Origin: Amphiscolops sp. MND2022
Lineage: Eukaryota
NCBI GenBank assembly: GCA_964187785.1
Contig: OZ076421.1
Coordinates: 21,080,001-21,144,000, forward strand
Direction: 5' to 3'
DNA length: 64,000 bases
Both the position numbers and the translations under genes were made by a program. The notes beneath the pieces are model-generated. The model saw only the letters and a program-made list of their open reading frames with translations. It did not search any database and had not been told where the DNA came from. Below, one piece after another: positions 11,831-24,256 of this stretch (position 1 is the first letter of the stretch; the number at the start of each line of letters is the position of its first letter).

Positions 11831-12361
11831 TTTTTAGTCGGCGCTTTTTGAAGAAAAACGCAGACTATAGTAGTGACTTCTTTTTTTAAGACCAACGAAC
11901 TGACAGATTTTATAAATTTTATAAGTTGACCGACTAACACTAAACTGCCACTACTTCCACACTAATTCACTGCCACACTACTTCACTGCCACTTGGTATA
12001 GAGGTTACTGCTTTTTTGAGGTCTGCCAAGCAGAAGGACATGGGTTCAAGTCCCGCCCTTGACGAAAATGTTTTGTGCAAATTTTTTTCGGCTTTGTGAG
12101 ACTTTTTTCGCAAATATCTCCAAAGGGTCCACCCTTCATTTTGTTGTCTATGTTGCAAAAAAATGGTTGTTCAAAGACTTCCAAAGGGCCCCCTTTTACA
12201 TGTTTTGGCACTATGCGACTTACCAGAAACTTCAACAAAATTCAAGAAAATTTTGGAAGTTTTTTTCGGGTACTGTAGAGGAGAGTACTTGACACTTTGA
12301 AGTCCTTTTGCTATTTTTGAACCTTAGATATGGCGCCGACTTGGGCCGTTCCCGGCTTGTT
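11831..12361 (+). mobile_element. Non-autonomous Helentron-like (HINE/DINE-type) element, copy 1
   Basis: 5' TTTTTAGTCGGCGC plus a partial inverted copy forming a hairpin; 3' subterminal inverted repeat GCGCCGACT, GCCG-TTCC-CGGC stem-loop and TTGTT end; internal B-box-like GGTTCAAGTCC. Confidence 0.65.
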
Positions 12362-12578
12362 AATGATTAGAATGTTTTTAATCAGCCTCATTGTTGTATC
12401 CACTCTGTATCAACCACTGGCTAATCTTGATGTGGTGGTGTTGACGGCGTTGTCACTTGATTCAGTTCATGCTTCCGGCATGACAGTTATTCTAGACGAA
12501 AATTGAATTGTGACAAGTTATTGCATTACGGACTAAAAGAACAGAGCAAAAGTAATCAACATTACAGAATTATGCAGT

Positions 12579-12760
12579 TGAAGAATGAGAAGAATTTAGA
12601 GAACAAACTATGAGACGCTATTTAATCTATTTAATTAGTCTCAAGTACCTGTAAATCTATCTCATTCTTATGATGATTTATTTTACGAAGCAGTACGCTT
12701 GAAATAGATAGAAAATACAGTTTTGTTGAAACTAAATTCTTGTAGCTATACATTACAACA
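12579..12760 (+). repeat. 5' LTR of element C (182 bp)
   Basis: TGAAGAATG...CATTACAACA, repeated at 18392-18560. Confidence 0.95.
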
Positions 12761-12774
12761 TGGCGCAGTCAGTA
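12761..12774 (+). other. Primer binding site, tRNA-Ser-like
   Basis: TGGCGCAGTCAGTA directly follows the LTR. It is close to the complement of the 3' end of invertebrate tRNA-Ser(AGA) (TGGCGCAGTCGGTA, recalled rather than searched). Confidence 0.7.
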
Positions 12775-12810
12775 TCAGTTTAACTGATAAAAGAACACAA
12801 TAGCTTACAT

Positions 12811-13695
12811 ATGGACGACTCCAACAATACCTCCCCATTAGCGGGAAGCCAGCAAAATCGGACAACCGATCAGTCAACAAGCAGCCGATCACTACCCAAT
12901 GACCAGACATTGAGGACGGGCGACCGGACGTGCACCCAGAAGTTATCCATACCAAGCCTGGAGAAACATGATAGCTCCGAGGCAAATCTCTGGTGGCGGA
13001 AGTTTGTACAATATATCAAAATGACCAAAGATATTGATTTGTCAATTATGACAAACTCCAAAGAAATACTGCCACAATACCGAGAACAACTGGAGATGGA
13101 CATAAAAGACACTTTCCTATGGGCAATCGGACAAAGTGCACTAACAGAGATGACTAAAACGGTAAGAGAACGCGAACCCAGCATCTTACCATTACACAAA
13201 CTATACACACTATTCCGTTTACATTTCACTCCAGAGAGGAACGTTCAACACAGTCGAGCCGACTTCTTTGATCTAAAAAGAGAAATAAACGAAACGGCGG
13301 CAGACGTATGGAAGAGAATATTGGATGTCGAAAAGAACTGTGAATTTGAGACAAAAACAGCAGTCGAACTTATCGCCTCAAAATTCCTTTCACTAATTGG
13401 GAAATCCACGGGGGACTATGAATTAAAAAAGAAAATCAGAAAAAGCGACATGTCCATAGAAGCTATTACAGACGCAATACATGAGTACATGTACGAAAAA
13501 CTGATTGAATCCCCACAAACAGAAGAAGAAAAGTAAATTCGACACGTAGACAAAAGAAAACTAGCGAAAAATAAAGAACAAACCGAACGCTACCCGAAGG
13601 CGAGACGACTGGACTGCAATAAATGCGGTGCACCTAACTGGTCCAAACAACATGAATGTCCCGCTAGAGGGAAGAAATGTGCAAAATGCGGTAAA
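12811..13695 (+). pseudogene. Element C gag (premature TAA at 13534-13536)
   Basis: The 241-aa ORF continues in frame after the stop into CNKCGAPNWSKQHEC and CAKCGKLGHYAKCC knuckles. Confidence 0.85.
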
Positions 13696-15761
13696 TTGGG
13701 CCATTATGCAAAATGTTGCAGATCAATGAGGAAGATAAACCACTTCGCGTACGAAGAAGCAGAAAGTGCAGATGAAGACGATTGGATACCCGACAAGATC
13801 CATTTAATACAACAAAAAATAAATTCAATCGGAACAGCGAATAAAAACGGAAATCCGTTCTACACAAAAACATTATTGGTCAACAACCGACCAATAAAAT
13901 TCATCGTCGATACAGGCTCACCGGTAACACTAATACCGAAGCTAAAATTTAACAGAATAACCGAGATCAATCCGGTAATAGAAGACTACCGGGATGTAAA
14001 CGATAACAAAATAAAATTTGAAGGTAAAACTTTAGCAAACGTAGAATTTGACGGCAAATCAAAACAACTGGAACTACTGATAACCACAAAGCAAACACAC
14101 CCGCTGCTTGGTCTCAACTGGATGAAGGAACAGGGACTAACGCTAAAAACGGAAACCGCACACCATTCCATAGATAACATCAGCAGACCGGACCAAAAGA
14201 ACAACAAAACCGACACTGACATCGCAACACTCAAAGGTAAGTTCCATAAACTTTTTACAGAAAACCATACGGATAAAAATGTAAAAGTTGACATCCAGCT
14301 AAAAGAAGGATCGAAACTGATTCAACAAAAAGGGAGACCTATCCCTATTCACTTGCAACCCGAGGTAGAAAAAGAAATCGAAAAACTGAAGAAACAAGGC
14401 CACATCGAAAAAGCAAAAAATATCGACGAAAACTGTTTTGTAAGCCCCGCCGTGATCACAATCAAAAAAGATAAATCGGTAAAAATAGCCTTGGACTCAA
14501 GAAAGCTAAACGAAATTACGATAAAAAGAAAGGCACAAATGCCTAACATGGAGGAATTAATCTCCCGAATTTCCAGAAAAATAGCGGACGGACCAGCCGA
14601 CGAAACGTGGATCTCAAAATTCGATCTTGACTACGCGTATGGTCAACTAAAACTCTCAAGGAGAGCAATGGACCTATGCATATTCGCGGTAACCGGTGGC
14701 AACTTCACCGGATACTACCGGTTCCTAAAAGGCTTTTACGGACTAGCAGACATCCCCACAATTTTTCAAGAAAAAATTGACCAAACACTGGAAAATAAAC
14801 ACCCAGCGTGGCTAGACGATATAATCGTAGTAACAAAAGGCTCAAAGCAACGACACATGGAAGAACTAATCGATGTGCTAACAAAATTGGAAAACGCAGG
14901 ATACCGCCTCAGCGAAAGTAAATCCGAATTTTTTAAAACAGAAATAGAGTGGATCGGCCACAAAATCGACCAAAATGGTATCAGACCGCTGCAAGATAAA
15001 CTGCTGGCGATAAAAGAATTAAAAGAACCAAAAAACGAAAAGGAATTAAAATCTTTTTTAGGGGCAATTCAGTATTTGTCCAAATATATCGAAAATCTCT
15101 CGGCCCAAACAGACATCTTGAGACAACTACTAAAAAAGGACAATAACTGGAACTGGACCACGGAACACACAAAAGCCTTTGAAAACTTAAAACAAAAAAT
15201 CACGGAAATACCGTGTCTGGCACATTACAATTTTGACTATCCAAACATAATTACCACAGACGCAAGCACAAAGGGCCTTGGAGCCACGCTTTGGCAAGAA
15301 CAACCGGACGGAAAATTAAAACCGATCGGATTCGCCAGACGTTTCCTTTCGGATACGGAAAAGAAGTATGCAATCAATGAACTGGAACTATTGGCGGTGG
15401 TTTGGGGGTTAGAACACTTCCGCTTATACATATACGGAAAACTCACAGACGGATAAAATTACTCACAGACCACCAAGCACTCGAACCTTTAATTAAACGC
15501 AACCGTTCAAATAAAACGTACAGCGCCAGGCTAACAAGGTGGCTGGACCGATTAGCTCACTTCTCAATTAACGTAAGCCATATAGCCGGCAAACACTTAG
15601 CACTCACGGATTATCTCAGTAGAAATCCGACCGCTCCACCACAAGCGGATGACGCATACGACGAAGAATACGTAATCAATAACATCGCGCCGCATCTCAA
15701 ATTTATGAACAAATTCGGTTGCCTTAGCAACCAAATCGACCAATCAGAAAACGAGAAATGA
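13696..15761 (+). pseudogene. Element C protease-RT-RNase H
   Basis: FIVDTGSPVTLIP, KFDLDYAYGQ, AWLDDII, TTDASTKGLGA and ELELLAVVWGLEHF motifs. A frameshift at about 15440 is associated with a local ACTCACAGAC duplication. Confidence 0.93.
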
Positions 15762-16222
15762 CGTAACAAACCGGAACAACCCAAAACGCGTGAGCAAACT
15801 GCCACTGCTTGCCTTAATCAACCGACAAATAGCTGCGCATACTCTGCACTCGACAACTCAAAATCAATTATGGACGCACATACCATTGATAACCTCGAAC
15901 GAACCGATCCTTCCGCGGAAACTAGAAATCTCATCGCACGATGGAGAGATATAGTAAAGCTGGGAGTGTATAGAATGTCCGGTGGTCGTTGGATCCGAGA
16001 TTCTTACGAAACGAGAGAAAAATTATCGAAGAACAACTCCAAATTGCAATTAGAAGTCTGCTAAATAAAAATCCAAATCAACCCGAAGGCTTCCAACCAC
16101 AAGAAAGGAGAAACGAACAATGGACGGTAGACCCGTTCTGGGAGACGGACCGCCCACAACGCCAGCAAACCTCGACATAAACGGATAACACTCCGCCCCC
16201 AGGACAACAACAATGGACACCG

Positions 16223-18426
16223 ATGGAAGAAGGCGAGATCGGATCGGGATCAGAACAAGACCCGTCAGTAATAGAGGTCCCGGCAATCAACTGGGCCAAA
16301 CACGTGGGCGTGAAGAGTGTCCAATATATAAAAATGGGACACGCACCAAGAGTGGACGCTGTCGAACAGAACAACTGGGACTTGGGGAACGCCGTCAGGG
16401 AAACGGAAAAACAATTTGCAACCGATCTGCAATTATTGATGACGGAAACTACCAATGACCCGAGCCTGCTTAAAACACTGGTGTGTCTCGAACGGCAACA
16501 GCACGACAACATTCCCGAGAAATATTCCATATATAAGAAGAAATTGTCTTCAAGATATGGACTGGTCTTTTTCGAAGACAAAATTATCGTGCCGAAAAAT
16601 CTGAGGACAACAATTATTAGCCTCTTACACAAAGGGCATCCAGCAATAAATAAAATGTCAATGGCGGCAAGACACTTCTGGTGGCCACGGATTACCGAAG
16701 CGATCCAGAAGAAATGTGACAACTGCGTCCCCTGCAAAACGGCCGGTAAGAGCATTAAACCTAACATACCCAGTACCGAAAAAAAAACCAGCAACCACCG
16801 CTAAGTAAACCAAACGATGAAATACATTTGGATTTCATGGGTCCAATTACCAAAAAAAACCGTAGACTTTACATTTTACTTCAATGGACCGGTTCAGTAA
16901 ATGGCCTGCGGCCAGCTTTTGCAAATCAACGGAAAGCCAAACGGCGGTAAAATTTTTGGAACAATATATAAACCTAAACGGCATGCCGAAAATTATTAGA
17001 ACGGATAAAGCAACCACTTTCACAAGCCGGTCGTTTAGAGAATTCTGTAAACACCACCAGATAAAATTGATATACGGAACGCCGTACATACATACCCCAA
17101 CCGGACTGGTGGAACGGGGCGTAGCAACACTGAAAGAAATTTTACTGACCAACATAAAAGCAGGCGAAAAGTTCGGAAGAGCACTGGACATGGCTCTAGA
17201 CGTAATGCGCAAAACACCCCATACAAGACTAAACAAGTCCGCATTTGAACTGCATTACGGTCGGGAACCAAACACGGAAATCAGCAATTTATTAAACACC
17301 GACACCTTGAAAAAATTAACAAAAACGTGTATTTCAGCCAAACCAGACACCTTGCAGGTGTACTCATTCAACGGAGCTGGCGGTGTCTCTGACCAGCTGC
17401 CGATGAAACAGAAGAAAGGAGCTAAAGGAGTGGAGTGAGTAAATACACCTTCCTCTTTCACGAAAAAAAATAACAAAACCAAAGATCGGTAGTGCTTATT
17501 CGGAAAAAATTCAGCTTGCTATATCGGGTACAAACCATACCGTAACAACGGCCGATAACAAAATTATACATAGAAAAAACATAAGTAAACCAGTTTCTGA
17601 ATTTACACAGGAGGCGAACAGCAGAGGAACTGTGCCACGTGGACCGGACGGCCGATTCACAAAATCACCCCGAACCTTCAACATACACGATTCGGACAGC
17701 GAATCGGAAGACACGGAACCGGAATCACCGGCAGTGGTTACCCCCAAGAAGAGCGGTGCATTTGGAAGAGGACGCCCCACGAAACTGGTAAGAAACCGGT
17801 TAAGCTCGGCTTCACCCGGGGGACCATCACCGTCAACCCAGTCACAAAACATGTTCGGACCGATGACCATAATCACGGAAAACATGACATCCGAAGCTGT
17901 CGACCGCGCTATTGAAGACGCTAGGGAAACAGAGACGGAAATTCACCTCAAAGATCCTAACGGTAAGGCCTCTCATAATGAAATAAAATCCCCAAAAAAA
18001 GGGGAGGAAGAGGAAGACGAACTAGAGAATTCTGAACTAGAACTGCTGAGCAACCTTAGCTCAAGTACTGAAATAGAAAAAGAAACAAAAGAACATAACT
18101 TACGCAGATCAAAACGCTTAACCAAAACTAACCCAATAATTAGACTGAATAATCCAGTACCTTCTGATTACAGGAAATACCGTCAAAAGACTCAACCAAG
18201 AAGCGAGCCCAACTACAGAGTGAGGGCATCCAAACAACAGGCTTGTCCGGAAGAACTTTACAACGACCGGACCATACCAAATGACGCGACCGGAGAAACC
18301 GTGGCAATACCAAGCTTGGGCCGGCCTACCGCTCACAAACTAAATCCTCACCCCCAATTGGACAGCAACCATCCAATCATGGAGGGGGAAATGAAGAATG
18401 AGAAGAATTTAGAGGACAAACTATGA
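16223..18426 (+). pseudogene. Element C integrase with long C-terminal tail
   Basis: LHKGHPAINKM..FWWP..CDNCVPC, IHLDFMGP, IRTDKATTF and LVERGV motifs. Frameshifts at about 16790 and 17440. The tail frame is open from about 17490 to 18426. Confidence 0.9.
18381..18391 (+). other. Polypurine tract of element C
   Basis: GGAGGGGGAAA immediately precedes the 3' LTR TG. Confidence 0.9.
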
Positions 18427-18560
18427 GACGCTATTTAATCTATATAAATAGTCTCAAGTAAATGTTTTTTTTATTACGAATTTTACGAAGCAGTACGCTT
18501 GAAATAGATAGAAAATACAGTTTTGTTGAAACTAAATTCTTGTAGCTATACATTACAACA
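18392..18560 (+). repeat. 3' LTR of element C (169 bp)
   Basis: Matches 12579-12760 except for a central block, and is followed by the TSD GCAGT. Confidence 0.95.
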
Positions 18561-21500
18561 GCAGTTAATGATCTCCGTATTCAGAGAACTATTAAAGAGG
18601 TCAACAAAAAAGGCTTATTTTGTTCCAATGACAAGAAACATTGAAGAGATTTAACAAAGCTTCTTTCAACCTTATATTTCATTTTAAACACTATATCTTC
18701 GCTGCTGTGGAGGTGGGTTTTAACCATTACTTTTCACTTTTTGACAATTTTCCTGAATTTTCGGGCCCATCAGAGCACTCCAGACGTTGCAGTTATTTTG
18801 TTCCACCTGGTTTTTTGAGTTGAAATTTCCACCCTTTCCACACCATTTTTATTGTCCTGGCATTCCCTTTCTGTTGAATACATTCCAAATTCCGACCAGA
18901 GTTTCTTGGACCCATTCGGTTTCCACATATTGGAAACAATCTCCGACTTTCGAAAGTAAAAAAAAACGCGTCTGTCAAAATCTGACAACGAAGTTTGAAA
19001 TAGCTGAATCACAGAACTGGGTGGTAAAAATAGAAGTGCAAACGTTTTTCGGACAGTCCTTTGAAATGTTTGAGTATTTTATACAGCGTTTTCAAGCAGC
19101 AGCAGTTTTGAAATTCACGGATTACAACACATTGAGTGAATTGAAAATAGCATCCACATTTGGTAAAGGAATCGTGACGGAAGACAAAATTCCGGATTCA
19201 AAAATGACAATTTTTGCCGCCTCAGAACCTTGAGTGAATTTCTCAAACAATTTTGCTCAGAGCAGCGAAACAAAATTGCAATCTACTCCTTGATCCGCAA
19301 TAATTTTGGGGTTATTTCTTTGTAATCGAAGATCTCTGAATGCTTCTTTGAAACTACTAAGATCGACATTGACTCGGTATAAATAAACTGATTTGTGAAT
19401 TTATGAAGAAATGAATTCACCAAAAGGATTAGAATGAAGATCTCGTTTCACTTGGATTCATTTCGTTATGCAATGAGAATTGAATTTTCGTTATTTTCTA
19501 TGTTCATTCGTCTTCCAATTTTTTCGTGGAATCATATTGCATCCTTTATGAAAAATACATTTTGTAATCCAATAAGATTTCAGTTCTAATTTTCATTTTG
19601 TCTTTACATACTTTCTGTTATTTCGTTGGTCGATTTTAATCACAACCAACTGTAACGACTTCGGTTAGGGTCGTTGTTTTGTACATTTTTGATTATGTCG
19701 TTGCTTTCTTGGGAAACATTTCTTCTCTTTTCACTTCTCGATGAAACGATTTTCGAGTTTGTTGATTTCGAATTCAGGTTCGTAGAGTTATTGTTTTAAC
19801 AAAACAAAGTTGAGCCTAATGAAAGATCGCAGATTGAAACACAAATTTAATGAATAATTTTACAAGTACAAGCTATATTTACCCTCCTAGCAGTGGCAAA
19901 TCAAATCACCCAGTGGCAAATCCTTTCATTCCGGTGTCCTTTTATTTCCTCCCAAGCAAGAAGTAGACATTACTTCAGTCTGTCAAACCAGAAATGTTTC
20001 CCTGTTTTACTGCTCGCTCTGTTTTGGTTCGCGGGATATTTGACGCGGAGCTAACGCTGGCGTGAACAACTAATACCTGATTTTGAGTTTCAACCAGGGA
20101 AATTATGACTAATTATCTTGATTTGGACAATTTGGTAAGGCTAAGAGAGGGACCCTGTATTGATTCACATGAAGCTAAACAATTGAATAATTCAACAATT
20201 ACCAATTATTTATCTGAATAAAAATAAGAGCAACACCTTTGAGCAACATTAAAGAACGATGTGACATCGTCAAACAGCCAATGAACCTATGAAATTAGGT
20301 AATCAAAGCGTACTTTTAATATCCTGCTGAGACTGTACGTTATTAACTCAATTTGAATATAAACTGTGACTCTTTTTTCTAAATCGTGGTAAAACACTGT
20401 TATTTTTATTTAGTCCCAAAACATGGAAAATCCTGGCTTAAATGTCATAGTCCGTTTGAATTCAATTTTAGTCGACGCAATACTGACGTAGAAATATGTT
20501 TTCTCAACATCGAGTATTTTATTTGACGGAGCGTTGACGTATCTTCAAAATTTGGCTTGGTTATTAATATTTCTGCTTTAGCAGGAATGTTATTGTAACC
20601 TCAAAGTTGGTCCTTTTTTTTTTCAGTCGTCAAATTTCGTCCTACTGAATAATTCAGATATTTTGTTCGGCAGTGAGTGTAAGCGTGGGAAAGCTGCCGA
20701 CAACAATTCAATTCTAGTGCGATAGAACGAGCGAGTGGTAAATATCCATTCGTATGCTGACGTCATTGAGATGAAGCGAATGAGTGTTAATTATTCGTTC
20801 GTTGAGAGCTTCGCCTGCATTCAAATGCGAATGCGAAACTTCGTCTACGCTTAGTTATATTTTCTTTAGTCCGAGAAGAATTAAAGGCGGTGTAAACTTG
20901 TACAGTGATTAATTGTGCTCTAAGTAATGATTAAACAGGAGTGTATTGGTATTCCAGATATGATTCTTTTATTGATGATTTTTTGTTTTAAAAAAATAAA
21001 GATTAAAGCAGAAATAGTACTGAGCCCCGGAGGGGCCTATTTTTAAAATTGCGACGTAGTGTTGACGTTGATTCACATTCTAGCTTCGATTAGTTTAACT
21101 GTTGTAAATTATTGCTTTTTTAAAATTTAATACAGACTAAAACGCCTAATTTCATACGTTTGGGACGTAGTGTGGACGTAAAGTTGATGTTAGACCAAGT
21201 CCGCTAATATAGTGGAGGCAACGTAGACGTAAATTTGGTTTCTTGTTAGCTGCCTTAGCTGGGACGTGGCTGTAGGGCAAATTTATTCTTATTGCCAAAG
21301 CTGTGACGTAGTCACGACGTGAATTTGGAATGATTTCTAGCTAGCTGCCATGACTGTGACGTAGCGGCGGCGCAAATTCAATAGTATTGGCGAAGCGGTG
21401 ACGTAGATTAGTTTTAGTTTGTTTTTAATTCAATCCAGTCCGGGAGCGGACTGTGACACCAACTACCTTGATTTTCATTATTCATCACCGGTTGCAAACA

Positions 21501-22232
21501 TGCATAATTGTTTCATCATTCGAAGGTCACTGTCGAACGGAGCGACCAATCAAAAGTGAGAATTCGAGTTGGCTTAGCTTCAAATTTATTCTGCATTTTT
21601 ACCGGTCGGATATACATTCTACAACCTTGAGTTCAATTGAAATAATTGTTTGAAAATTAAGATGATGGAAAGAACTTCGTTTTGAAAGGACGAGAGAAAA
21701 GTTGGTTTTTGTACCATTCCGCTTTTCGCAGAATTGATTTTAGGTTTTGAGGGATCACTGCTTCGTTACAACTGTAAATTGAATCTTTTTCTCAAAAAAC
21801 ATCTATGTCGGGATGAAAATTTAAACCTTTGTCTTTACTTATACCTTTGCCCCAGTTGAAATAATTGAACGTTCCACGTGTCTGTATGGGTTAAAAAGCA
21901 TTTTTGTCGTGATTTTGTTTAACTATAATGCGTTGAAATATTGGTTTTGAATCTTCCAAAATATTTCCAGTGTATTCTCTCTGAATTTTCTGTTTTTCTA
22001 ATAATTAGCCTGCAAGCAGGTCTGTAGCATGTGAAAAGTACTTGAATTTAATTAAACTAGTGTGCTCATTTTAACCCTAAGGAAGAGAATTATTCTTGCA
22101 GTTTGAATTGCAGCGCTTTCCAGGCTTTGTTAATTTCACTCATCAATCATGAACCCTTACCCAATGATATTTTGTTTGTCAGGAGTTTTGGTAGTATCAC
22201 TGATCAAACATTGTAATTTTTTTCGAGTTAAT

Positions 22233-22238
22233 TTTATT
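22233..22238 (-). terminator. Putative polyadenylation signal AATAAA of the mucin gene
   Basis: AATAAA on the minus strand about 120 nt after the TGA at 22358-22360. Confidence 0.5.
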
Positions 22239-22357
22239 TTGATCCTGGAAATTTATGCGCAATATTTTTTGTTGTTTCAATCCATAGTCGTCCATTGCGT
22301 CGTCGTCAGTAAGTTCCCGAATTTGTTCACATCATGTCAGGCATTTCGTGGATTTTT

Positions 22358-22503
22358 TCAGGCGGGACAAACGTTCAATCCAAAAGCGAGAACATTGTCC
22401 TCGTCGATACAGCGATTGCATTGACAGTCAGTCACCTTTCCGATCTGTACCGTGTGAACGCCATCTTCACAGATTAGATCAACGTCTTGGGATACAACAA
22501 TAC
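22358..22503 (-). CDS. Mucin-like gene, last exon (end of cystine knot)
   Basis: Acceptor TTTCGCAG. Phase 1 gives GIVVSQDVDLICEDGVHTVQIGKVTDCQCNRCIDEDNVLAFGLNVCPA* with the CxCxxC of a CTCK domain. Confidence 0.88.
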
Positions 22504-23066
22504 CTGCGAAACATGGGAGGGAAAAATTACCATCTTTGAATTTTATGCTTCCAAAATCTACTGTATTTCACAACTTTTCGCTAGAAGAAGTATAAAAAAG
22601 TTTATTTCCCGGTTCAAATCCAAGGTATTCGAGTTCTGCTTATCAAAATAGGATTCGGTTAAAATACGAGCATAATGTGATGATTTTTACTTTTAAAAAA
22701 GTGAAAAGCGATACATACAGACACTATCAAAACTAATTATAATTAGTGCCAATATTGATTCATATCAGAGCAGTTAATTTTCTAAAATGCGTCGGATTTT
22801 TTTAAAACGGGTTTTCGCCTCGTCTTGTGTTGACCATGTAACAACACATCGCTTTTATTTCGTTCTATAGTTGTATATCAAAAGTTTGCACACACCTAGT
22901 ATTCTATAGGTTTCTCGAATTTTTAAGTTGAAATTATTCATAAATTTATAACACTGTAGGAACAGCGGACTACGCTGGTAATTTAATCTTGAGTATTTCC
23001 ATCAAACTCCCATTTAGCATCTAGAAAAGTTTGACCTTATTCTTTTAGGTCAACTGTACGACGTAC

Positions 23067-23210
23067 CTGTACAACACTCGCACTTGCGGTGCAGTTTCAT
23101 AGTCAGTCCGTCGAACTCAGCCAGAGTATGAGGCAGCTCGTCGGTGGCCTGGATAGAATCCGGACACGCTCCGGTACATTTGCCAATGTCCACCGTCTGA
23201 TTGAGACATT
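23067..23210 (-). CDS. Mucin-like gene exon (CTCK core)
   Basis: TTGCAG acceptor and GTACGT donor, phase 1-1: KCLNQTVDIGKCTGACPDSIQ...KCECCT (CxGxC and CxCC motifs). Confidence 0.88.
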
Positions 23211-24256
23211 CTGCAACAATCAAAATTTACTAATATCAACGTCAACTTGAAAAAATAATAGAATTGTTCATAGAATAAACAAGTGAACTTTTTGTGGGAT
23301 AACAACTTCGGAAGTTTTCTTCACTGTAGTGCGTCAAAATGTTTTTGTCGGATTCGAAATTCCATTTTAGGATTTCCAGAGGTTGATGGTTGTTCACACA
23401 TTCTTAGCATAAAGCATTTATTATTATTCCATTTGCACTTGTATCATTTTCAAATCGATCTTTATTGAGAAATGTTCTTCATCGAACAACTACTACCATG
23501 GACTTGTAAAAAAAGCAAAAAAGTATCAACCGCTCATACTTGGTTACAACCTGCTTCTAGTCATGGCTTTCCATACATGATTCAATCATGATTGTTGGAT
23601 TCGTCGTGCCTAAAATTATTCCAAGGACATGGAAAGGTATCCATAACTCATGGATGATAACGGCTAAAGGACCATGATGAAATATATGATCGAACATGAT
23701 CTCATGAATTCAATTTGACGTTATGAAATAATTAGCATCTGAAGACACGATTAAAAGAGCCCTTTCATTTGTGGCATTTGGGATCCTCCTAAACACCAGT
23801 AGAAAAACTTCCGTGAAATTGAGGAACTGCATTTATTGGTCCAAAGTTTAACAGTAAAAAGAACTGGGGACGCATTTATGAATGAATGGAATTCACAACC
23901 TTTTGAGTCAAATTATCTCATGCCATTGAAACAAAAAACAAAGACGATTTAATCCGTAAACAACAACAACAACTGTTTTCTCCATTGACGAACCCTTAGG
24001 TACTGAGCGGTCAATATAAATTATGAGAACTATGACTATATGTCTCTGACGACAACATCAAATTTTATTGTGCATCAAAATGGTTCAACTTTGAAAAAGC
24101 TTTTGTTTTTAAATATTCGTACCACCTCAGGACCTTGGGAATCACGTTTTGAAACTGCTTTTTTCTTGTTTCTGTATTGTATGGATTCTAATTGCTTTAT
24201 CTATGATCTATTTAGTGCAAATTGAAAAGAAGCATTTTGCTGCTGTTACAAGTTTC

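Larger units (their letters stand above)
12579..18560 (+). mobile_element. Full-length but decayed Mag-like Ty3/Gypsy LTR retrotransposon (element C)
   Basis: TG...CA LTRs at 12579-12760 and 18392-18560; 5-bp TSD GCAGT (12574-12578 and 18561-18565); PBS; PPT; gag with two Cys/His knuckles followed in frame by PR, RT and RH, then IN. Confidence 0.97.

Noticed and set aside
13534-13536. Programmed stop-codon readthrough in gag of element C (and at 10493 in element B)
   Set aside because: The stops lie inside Gag, before the nucleocapsid knuckles, not at the gag/pol boundary. The elements carry many other lesions, so nonsense mutation is simpler.
18600-19800. Possible decayed coding relic (148-aa plus-strand ORF; minus-strand VSLL*AKLFEK resembling LINE RT)
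   Set aside because: No consistent domain could be traced by eye. It needs a profile search.
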